Of a stretch of DNA of 64,000 nt, positions 54,089 to 64,000 are shown one piece after another. The translations under genes were made by a program, and so were the position numbers. The notes beneath the pieces were generated by a model. It searched no databases and had not been told where the DNA came from. It saw nothing but the letters and a program-made list of their open reading frames with translations. The number at the start of each line of letters is the position of its first letter. Positions within the stretch are counted from its first letter, which is position 1. Source of the DNA: Chrysomallon squamiferum (taxonomy: Eukaryota; Animalia; Mollusca). The stretch lies in NCBI GenBank assembly GCA_012295275.1, contig CM022670.1, forward strand, positions 15,872,001 through 15,936,000, read 5' to 3'.

Positions 54089-55089
54089 GAAAAATAAAGA
54101 ACAGTAAGAAAACAGGAAAAAAAGGAACAAAATAAATATTTTCATCATTCTACACAAACATTAAAAATACAGGAAAAAAAAACATTTCCTGTTATTGTTT
54201 TAAAAGAAGAAGAAAATAAATTAGTTTCAAAAATGTTTAAATTATGATTAAACCACGGAATGTTTCATCAAGGACAGGAGTGTTCTTTTCGAGAAAAACA
54301 TAGTTGGGCAGATTTTGTGAAATAAACCAGCAGATTTTTATCATTTAAATTACAAAATAAAAAGATTGTATTTCAAAAAGGATTTTTGCATGTGTGCAGA
54401 ATGCAAACATAAATCCATCCACTTTGATACAAAAACCAACTGATTTATCTTTCCCAAATAGATTAATTTATTCATTCCTCAGGCATCGTAATAAAGTCAA
54501 TGTTTTTCAACAGTTCCCTTGTTTCCAAAGAGAGATTAATAACTGTATTGACAGGGATTTCAATCTGAGAAATAAAAAAAAAAAAAATTAATCATAACAC
54601 ATGGCAAGAGAATTGACGGACTGCTAAAACTTTAAATGATGAAAATAAACACACTAATGAAAATAATATCTACTAGTGAATATCTTCTTTTTTTTTTGTA
54701 GTGAAAGATAAATCTCAGTCTAATAAAATATATCTGCTAGTGTATATTTGTTGTGCTGTTATTTTTTTTTAAGGAGTATACTTAAAGTGTTGAAAGTTGC
54801 CAGCTGGTCCCACTTTCTTACCAGTTTCCAGCCATTAAAATCAGTGTACAGTGTTGAAATCTTAATTTATCTTTTTCCTTTCACTTCCATGTTAAATGGG
54901 TTTAAGAACACTACTGGAATTTTTATTTCCTTAACGAGATGTTTTGTGGAAAAATAAAATGCAAAGAGAAAAATCTTTAAAATAAAAAAATTTAAAAAAT
55001 GTTTAAAAGAATTATATATAAAGAATATTGTGGAATAACAAAAAGAGAATTGTTTCACATTTACTAAATAAATAAATAAATAAAATAAA

Positions 55090-55213
55090 ATATATCTGTG
55101 ATTATGTCTATCTATAGCTATATCCATATCTATATCTATATCTCTGTCTATGTCTAATATGATTATATCTATCTGTATCTATATCTATATCTCTGTCTAT
55201 GTCTAATATCATT
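55090..55213. repeat. (TATATC)-rich ~48-bp tandem duplication
   Basis: tatctatatctatatctctgtctatgtctaatat occurs twice. Confidence 0.85.
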
Positions 55214-56035
55214 AATTAATGTATATAGATATGAATATTACACTGTTAAAGAATTAAGGATGAGCTGCATAGGATTTATATTTATTTTATTAATGATTTG
55301 TAAACCAAAGTGAATGTTAAGTAGTATGATAAATAGTGTGAAATACACACTAATCACACTTAACATAGCTGGTCTACCACAAAACCACCACCCACTCACC
55401 ACACAGCAGTAATTAATTTAAATTACATGTCTTAACACTATAACCACACATTACATTTCTAATGCATTTGATAAGGAAATGCAGGTTATTAATCTCTTTA
55501 TAATCTGTATATGTAATGATGTATATGAAATGCTGATAAAACACTTCACCCAGTCCTTATATTTCTAAGATGCTTGGTATGCATACATATATACATGTAT
55601 ATATATATGCAGGTGTTTAATCACTCGTAATCACATAGCGCGATATGCTTGCATGTGAGTGTTTATATATGTATGTAAGTGTGTAACCAAGTGTGTAAGA
55701 TGCTGGTAAATGTGTTATATGAATGCTAACAAATGTTATTAAAACATTTCAGAGGAAAGAGCAGCAGAGAGCCCGCCTCTGATTGATTTTAACAAAAATA
55801 ATTGCAGTAAAAATGTTATGTGATATCGTGTTAGAAATGTGTGCGCTTTTAATGGAGCTGAGAGGGAACAGTTCCTTTTAAACGTATCAGTTACAGCTGG
55901 GTTTTTTTTTTTTTGTTCTTAACAATAAAAGAAAAACCTTTATATAGATTTATTTATGTAGGGATGTGTACGTTTTGCTACTGATTTTAATTCTCTCACT
56001 GAGTTTGTGTGTGTGTACCCAGGAACAAAAATTAG

Positions 56036-56300
56036 ACACACAGACACACACACAAACACACACACACACACAGATACGGTGTATATACAGACATTTACAC
56101 ACACATATGGACCCATACATACATACAAAAACATATATACATACAGACATACACATACATACAGACACTTACACATTTATGCATGCATACATATAAATGT
56201 ATATAATAAACACACAAAAACACAAAGATATCCATACACACACACACACATATACACACATACCTACTACTGACATGCATACAAAAATACATACATACCT
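56036..56300. repeat. Degenerate (CA/TA)n low-complexity tract
   Basis: Explains the stack of overlapping H/T-rich and C/V-rich ORFs at 55940-56466. Confidence 0.9.
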
Positions 56301-59300
56301 ATTACCTACCTATCATTGTTTGACATCCAACAGCCAAAGTAATTTCATGCTAGGTCATCATAACCAGTTCATTATTTCTCCGAATTTTCATCACTCTCTC
56401 TTCATTCGTCTTCATCTTTTAATTTATTCTCCACAGCCGCATCACTTTGTCCCAGCGTTGTTGTAATTTAAATACAAATTGGATTAAGTGAGTTGATTGA
56501 AAGTTACATGTGAAATGACTTCATTTTAAACAAATGAGAGGATATTCGAAACAACTTGCTACTGTTAATTTGTTTCTGCATGATACTGACAAAAGACTTG
56601 ATAATCTTTGTTGTACAAAAAAGAGGAATTTCTGCGGTGTTTCTTTATCAATGGCAGATGGGTTGGAGGTCTGTGTAAGTGAGAGGTGTTGTCATGGGAT
56701 ATGCAAATTAGAAGCCACGGCATCATGGGATTTGGACATGGTGATATTTTTATGCCATGTCATTTGTTAAAATTTCTTAGGCTCAATGAGATTTATGTAA
56801 AACAAATATCTAATTAGAAAACAAATATTTTATATTTTCATTTCTAAAAATAATTTTGAAAATTTTATTTCCCTTTTCTGACATTAATATATTACATTAA
56901 CTGATTACGAGTACAATTATCACAGATATTTAATATACTTTAATGATAATTTAATACAGGAACCTGTTTCAGTTCTGAATAAATACAAAATCTTCAGTGA
57001 TCAATGAAAATGAAATTTATTCTGATATCTGGTTATATTTAACAGTTAATTTCAAACATCAACAGAAGAGAAAAAATTCTGCACTAAAATAAACTATTTT
57101 GTATGATCTGCGGCATTGAGATGTTTGAATTTAATTTTAGCAGTGAATTAAAAATATTTTCTCTCATCTTAGACCATTAACGTGATGGTTTCTGAGTTTT
57201 AAAGATACTTGATGGACATATTGTATCAGTCTCAGACAAATCAATTCTGTGCTCAATTCAATATATTCTAATATATTGACACTGTTAACAAAATATTAGT
57301 ACTGATGGTGCAGAAGATTACAATTATTTCCCAACTGAAATCATTATCAACTTGGACTGTGGTGTGGGACTAGGTGCCCATTTTACAATTTGCTGCTGTT
57401 TTAACATCCCTCGATACAGCTACGTATGAAAACTACAACTGAGGAGTCTTTGTCAATATTGACTCCTGTAAGACACCACGCGCAGGAGCAGCAGAGTCAG
57501 TCTGGTAAAGGGAACAGAAAATAACATTCCGGTCTACTGATACAGACAGAGATGATGCTTCTAATGTTTGGATAAGTACCAGTCAATAAGCCGATGAGCG
57601 TTAACTGGTGAAAATATTGCTGTTACATAGAAAAGTTGATTGAGAGAGAGCACATTAGGTTAAAGACTTCCATCAATGGATAATCATTATGATGTTTGGC
57701 TTAGCCATGATTTTCATCTCAGCTGCCAGTTTGTTTGGTTAATTGATGGAGAATCTCCCCAGCTTTTGACTTTTCTCTCCCCAGACTCTAGGTTTCCCCC
57801 AGATTGTTTCATTTAGATTATTATTATTTTGTTTTCAACCATCGTCACAAATAATGGGTGATTAATTGCTATTAATGGGAAATTTAATTTTGTTAAAGTT
57901 ATCCTGCTATTGTTTTGTGTTTTTTTTACATGTGTTTTTCATTATCTGCAGTTGTTTGCAGAGCTGATTTCACTTGTTACTGCTGCTTTCTGAGGACTGT
58001 TTTATCTGGACAGTTCTCTTGTTGCAGTATAAAACAAAATTTTACTGTGATTGGAGTCATTAATTCTTAAATCTTGTTCTATTAAAGTGTGTTAGAGAAA
58101 TTGGTAATTTCATAAAACTAATATTTATCTTCCTTTAATAGCACTTAGAACATTTTTGTGTTTTCTGTCAAAACAAATCTATTTTTGTTCTGCTGAAAAT
58201 GTGTGAATTCTACTGACGACTGATGATAAAATTCATGACAAGATGATTTTTGTAAATCATAATAAAGATAACCATAAAACAGTGATTATTTAAATTAATA
58301 AGATTTTCATGATCACTTTGTTTCATTATTATTTTTTTTTAATGTTTTCTGTTGTCTTTTTCTTTTGCTTCTTTTTTTTTTTGTTGGGGGGAGATTTTTA
58401 AAACATTATTGGCTTTCACATTAAATTTTATATTTTATAATCAAAAGTCTGAGGAGATGTTTATTATAAGGCCACTGAAGAATTCTTCTGGCAAAATAGG
58501 ATGAAACTAAAAATGTCACATTAATTTCAATAATTTTAAGTTGATCAAAATCGAGTTCACCATCAAGAGAGATGTGTAAGACTTCCTGGATTAACTTCCT
58601 CTTCAGTAGCTTACATCACTTCCTGTCTGAATCTCAATATTTCCTCAGCAGCAGCCAAATACTTTTATTACTTCACCATTCCAGGTTTTACATTCTTGTT
58701 TTATATGAGCATTAAAAGCAAAACAGCCATTTTATACTATCAGAGAATACAGACAAATTGAAGAATCAAATGACCATAATTCCACAAGTCCAAACTAAGT
58801 AGTAATAAAGGTGTATCATTACAGGACTCTAGGTTTTAACTGTTGTTTTAGATCACAGTTATTGCGGAATACTAAATCTACTGTTGTGAAACTGATGTAT
58901 GTAGAACCTGAAAGATTGTAATTCAGTGGGAGTACTTTTGGAAAATGTACAATATATGAAACTTCTAGTATTCTATAAAGCACAGAACAAAATAACTGTT
59001 ATATTTATACATGTTACTGTTTCTGTCTTTTAACACATTTACTTTAATTAAGTTGCCTGTAATTTAATATAAATATACTTAATGATTCGAGAAATTTCAA
59101 ACACATACACATTTTCTCTTTTTCCCCATCTCCTTTCTCTTTCTGTCTCACTCAAAAACACATATATAATGTGTACAAAAAACAAAAACTATTGCAGTAA
59201 AACATTGACAGTGTTCAGCATCAGCTAAAACATGTTTTGTGTCTGTTAATATTATAAAAACCAAAAAAGAGCTTACCTGTATTTTAGTTTATTTTTTTAT

Positions 59301-59530
59301 ATCATTTCAAAAGAAATACATGGAGGATTTGTTCTCCTTTTTAGTTCATTCACAGTCTGTACATTGCATAACTATAGTGTGTTGTTTTACAAGACACCAG
59401 TAACATATCAACCTGATATCATTTTAAACTTTCAATACTAAATTAGTGAATGTCATCACAGCCTATTCTTTTAGGTGATACTGACGTGGACAATTTAATT
59501 AAACTACAAATAAAATTAACCCAAAACATG

Positions 59531-59564
<34 letters not shown>

Positions 59565-59924
59565 TGCATCAAAGAAAAAAGACATATGTCTATGAATATT
59601 AATGTAAATTCTCCAAATATTACATCAGAACTGAACTTTATTTACAGTCAATGGATATTTACGTACAATAATTAATATAATTATCCCAGATGTTTCTTTT
59701 AACATGAGAGTGGTGTGGTGTTTGTCTGGGAGCTGAGTCGTTTTGCCGGGCTGACAAACAAGTGGAGACTGCTGAGTTTCAAACAATGGAATGTGTCAGA
59801 CATAATCCAATATGTCTTATTATACATGACTCAATCCCAGCACCATGATGGCAGTGATGAAGCAAAGTCTGTTATGATCATTTCCACACCCCAGTGCCTA
59901 GTCTGTTTTGATGACTGGTTGTTT

Positions 59925-60455
59925 TTAGTCTGTGTAGTTTATTTAATTATAATTTCTGATAATTCTGATTTTTTAATTTTTTTTTTTGGTCTGTATAGTT
60001 TTTGTTTAAAGCTCTACTAATTATGATTTTTTTTAGCAGTATACTTTTTTTTTAAAATACAGTCTCTACAAATTACGATTGTTTTGTCTGTATACTTTAT
60101 TTAATTAAAATGTCTACTAATTTCTTTTTTACCTGTATATATTATTTAATTATTCTCTACAAATTATGATTTTTTTTGTGTGTGTATACTATTTAATTAA
60201 AATCTCTACAAATTATGATTCTTTGTCTGTATTTTTTTTTAATTAAAATCTCTACTATGATTTTGTTTTTGTCTGTATACATTATATAATTAAAATCTCT
60301 ACTAATTATGATTATTTTGTCTGTATGCTTTATTTTTTTCTTAAATCTCTACTATTATTTTTTTTTTTTAGTCTGTATACTTTATTTAATTAAAATCTCT
60401 ACTAATTATGATTGTTGTTTTGTCTGTATTTTATTTAATTACATTCTCTACTACT
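59925..60455. repeat. ~48-bp minisatellite, ~11 diverged copies (gtctgtatactttatttaattaaaatctctactaattatgatt(t)n)
   Basis: gtctgtata...aattaaaatctctac recurs with a variable T tract. Confidence 0.9.
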
Positions 60456-61159
60456 CTGAGTCTTTATAAACCGAACAAACACAATTTATGTCAGCTTACT
60501 CATTAGTTTTATTGGTTTATGTAATTTGGAGACTATTACTCTGTCTGATGGACACAGTCTGAAATTTTTTAAAGATTTTATTCTGTAGTTTGATTAACCT
60601 ATTTTCATTCTGTTTTCTTAGCTTCAGTATTTTTTTTCAGTTTTTTTATAAATTTTATTTTTATTTAAAAAAAAAACTAGATCATAAAAAAAGAACAAAA
60701 AAAAAAAATGTAACTGAGAAGCTTGTGTCATAAACATAGTATAATAACTGACAAATAAAAGCATAATGAATTACAATAAAATGGTTTAAAAGTGCTTAGC
60801 ACGCAGAGAGTCCAAATAATCTGCAGATCTCCTCTTTTCCTAATATGACAGCGCTCAGCAAGGCAGTAAAGAGCAGTGTTTAGTGGGGACACTGTGTTAG
60901 AACAACTGGGATAAATGAAGATCTGCCGCAAGGAGTACATGTAAAACCACCGTTTCCACATAAATCACAATTCTGATTGAACTGATAATGAGAATAATGC
61001 AGATTTATCAGCATGCCCAGAGTGGATAAAACAAAGCAGAAATGTCGTTTTGTTGTAAAGAAAAAAAAATGTTATGTCACCTGATGCTGCTGATGTGATC
61101 TTTTTTCTCTTCAGAAGATGAAGAAGCATTGAGATCAGTTTTTTGTTAAACACAAAATA

Positions 61160-61510
61160 CATGTTATATAGATGTACAGTGAATGTGACTTTGTTCTTGT
61201 AAAGTCAAAGTAATACTGTCAGTGTACAGTTGTTATATGGATATTCAGTAATGTAGCTTTATTCTTGTAAAAACTAATAAAAGTGTAGTGTTTAGTGTAA
61301 ACTGCTCTTACTGTCAGTAGTTAATGAGATTTTTTAATTAACTCAAATAATGGACACTGGATTCTCATGTTAACCTGATCTGTATGAACTGTTACATGAA
61401 TATGTGACTTTATTCTTGAAAATATTAAATACAAAATTAATAAAATTCTTATTTAACAAGAATGTGTTACACAATAATATAACTTTATTCTGGAGAAATC
61501 AAATTTAATA
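61160..61510. repeat. Highly degenerate direct repeats, ~4 copies
   Basis: tgtta...atgtgactttRttcttg-like blocks near 61160, 61230, 61390 and 61465. Confidence 0.55.
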
Positions 61511-62040
61511 ATTTCAGTGTTATTAAAAAAAAAAAAAAATTTTAAATTCTTATCTTAATATTACTTCTTTTTTTATTAAATCAAAATAAAGGATATAAAA
61601 GGCAACATGTTTCAAGAAAATATTGCTTAAATGCACTTTTATAATAAAATAAAATGATAACCATATTGAAAAAAAAGCTAAACAAGACTGTAACACATTT
61701 TCAAATCATTTCAGTGTCAGGATGAAAAATATATCTTGGTAACGTTACTGATGTTGCCAAATACTCTATACATAACTTGTGTGCAGCTGTTGTAGTTGCT
61801 GTAATTTTTTAACATAATAATTCATGTTCAGCTGTGACATAAATATTATTTAACATTAACAGTTGAAGTCTACATCATTCACAATAAGTATTTTTGCATA
61901 ACTTTTAAATGAAAATTTTAATTGATTTTTTTTTGTGGGTTTTTTTTTTCTCCAGTTTTCTTTTGTTTGGAGTTCATTGCTTTCTTTTATTTCACACAAA
62001 AATGTATTCAAAAGAAAATATTTTTTTCAGATTTTTGTTT

Positions 62041-62280
62041 TTTTTTTAAATAAAATTTTTTCCAATTCTAAAAGTGGTCAAAACTTTACATGTAACAGAT
62101 CAGAATTCAACAATAAATTAATATTTCATAAAATAAAAAAATAAAAATATTCAAAGAAAATGTATTTATAATATTTAAAAACATATAATTTTTTTTTTTT
62201 TTAAAACAAAATGTTAGAATTCTAAATCAAAACTTTATTCATAACAGTTCTGGATTCAACAGTAAATTAATAATTCAAAC
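62041..62280. repeat. Diverged direct duplication, period ~150 bp
   Basis: aattctaaa...tcaaaacttta...taacag...attcaacaRtaaattaata occurs twice. Confidence 0.7.
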
Positions 62281-62456
62281 TGAAGTTTATTATTTAAAAA
62301 AAGTACTAAGAATGGAGGAGACTTTAAGGAGCTCAGGAAGTGAAAGTCTCAGGAGACTATAGGCTGAACAGATTTCTTTAACAGGTGTAAGGTTTGATAG
62401 TTTTAATTGGGTTGTGCTGGCTAACCTGATAGTACTAATATCACTTAGCTTTCTCT

Positions 62457-62470
62457 GTTGCCATGGAAAT
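62457..62470. promoter_or_regulatory. RFX X-box-like motif GTTGCCATGGAAAT
   Basis: Identical to the motif at 33594. Confidence 0.35.
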
Positions 62471-62570
62471 GTAGTATTTTCAATGTAGGTCTGCAGTTTC
62501 ATTTTTTTAAATTTTCTTATAAACTTTAATGTAATGTTTTATTCATCTATTATATTATTTATTACTGTTG

Positions 62571-62571
<1 letters not shown>

Positions 62572-62635
<64 letters not shown>

Positions 62636-62655
62636 TTTATTTATTTATTTATTTT
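62572..62655. repeat. Interrupted (TTTA)n microsatellite
   Basis: Direct inspection. Confidence 0.93.
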
Positions 62656-63092
62656 TTATTTTTATTATTATTATATTTTTTTTTAATGTTAATCTGCAGC
62701 AAATGCTAGCATTAAATTCTTTCTGTACTGCTTAATTTACTTACAAAACGAGGTCTGTTTTATGAATTCTGGAAGTTTTGTTTGTTTTCTTGCTTTGAGA
62801 GATTTTCTGTGGCTATTGATGTGGCAGTGCGATAAATATGGCTGGAAATAAAATAAATACACACACACAGTTTGGTGAATTACTTGTGTTTTCATGGGCT
62901 TTTACCACCTGAAACCTGAAGCAGTGTTTTGGTAACAAAATAGGAGACAATATTTGCTTATTACATTGGTGCTTATTTTGTTTGTATGAAATAGAATTTT
63001 TATGCTGAAATCTGATTCGGAACTATTAACTTATTTTCTAGTTATTAAAATACAAAATGTGAGAAAATGGTACAGTAAATTAGAATGGATTA

Positions 63093-63129
<37 letters not shown>

Positions 63130-63366
63130 CACTTCATCTCTTTGTTTCAGATGTTCTTTTCATCATTCATTAATTATCCAGGTAGCCTTTATAAATCCAT
63201 CCATCCATCCATCCATTCATTCATTATTTTTCTTTTTATCATAGTCCATTCATGCAAATTTTCATCATTTATTGTTGCTCTTTAATTTTCATTTATATTT
63301 ACTAATGCTTGCTGCCATTCCTGTACACTCCTCTCTGCAGCTCCATCAATTTGCTGACCATTTTTT

Positions 63367-63780
63367 GTTGCTCCTACATACTCCTTACTCTTTGTTGTTT
63401 CTACATACTCTACAACTGTTGCTCCTACATACTCCTTACTGTTTACTGTTGCTCCTACATGCTCCTTACTGTTTACTGTTGCTCCTAGATATTCCTTACT
63501 GTTTACTGTTGCTCCTACATACTCCTTACTGTTTACTGTTGCTCCTACATGCTCCTTACTGTTTACTGTTGCTCCTAGATACTCCTTACTGTTTACTGTT
63601 GCTCCTACATACTCCTTACTGTTTATTGTTGCTCCTACATACTCCTTACTGTTTACTGTTGCTCCTACATACTCCTTACTTTTTACTGTTGCTCCTACAT
63701 ACTCCTTACTGTTTACTGTTGCTCCTAGATACTCCTTACTGTTGCTCCTACATACTCCTTACTGTTTAGTTGCTCCTACT
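63367..63780. repeat. 30-bp minisatellite (gctcctacatactccttactgtttactgtt), ~10 near-perfect copies plus shorter flanking variants
   Basis: Exact 30-bp register from 63421 to 63720; produces the LLLLLHTPYC ORF. Confidence 0.98.
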
Positions 63781-64000
63781 TACAAATCACTGCTAACAGC
63801 AACAGCTAAATTGGCATTATTTTCATGGTGATATTTTTGCACACACAGTGACACACTTTTATAGTCACTACATGATTTCATTATTAGCTGTTGCTCTTAC
63901 GCACTTGCGAGATTCTAAGTCTTGCATGTAACACATTCATGTTGACATATCACATTTGTTACACCTCTCTTGTATTCACATACTATGAACTGATACCATA

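Noticed and set aside
61211-61222. 12-nt match to the 5' end of miR-8 (TAATACTGTCAG)
   Set aside because: The 3' half mismatches, there is no star arm, and it lies in a degenerate repeat.
63272-63769. Longest ORF (165 aa, LLLLLHTPYC repeats)
   Set aside because: Read-through of a 30-bp minisatellite with a non-ATG start and no domain.

Overview
AT-rich, CpG-depleted, microsatellite-dense animal genomic DNA. A decayed MetaSINE-like element points to a mollusc, probably a gastropod; this is inference from a recalled consensus. No ORF resembles a recognisable protein family, and the listed ORFs are almost all read-throughs of simple repeats. I found no rRNA, tRNA, CRISPR or intact transposon. 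The window looks like part of one very long intron or a regulatory gene desert, with weak evidence for + strand transcription. The strongest signal is a textbook recursive splice site at 30914/30915: branch point, polypyrimidine tract and CAG joined directly to GTGAGT, followed by an 86-nt cryptic exon with stops in all three frames. Other signals are several isolated strong + strand splice sites and possible small exons, a quasi-periodic (~0.8-1 kb) alternation of AT-rich spacers and motif-rich GC-balanced islands, CAGGTR clusters, RFX X-boxes, three hairpins and several minisatellites. All calls were made by eye without alignment or folding tools.
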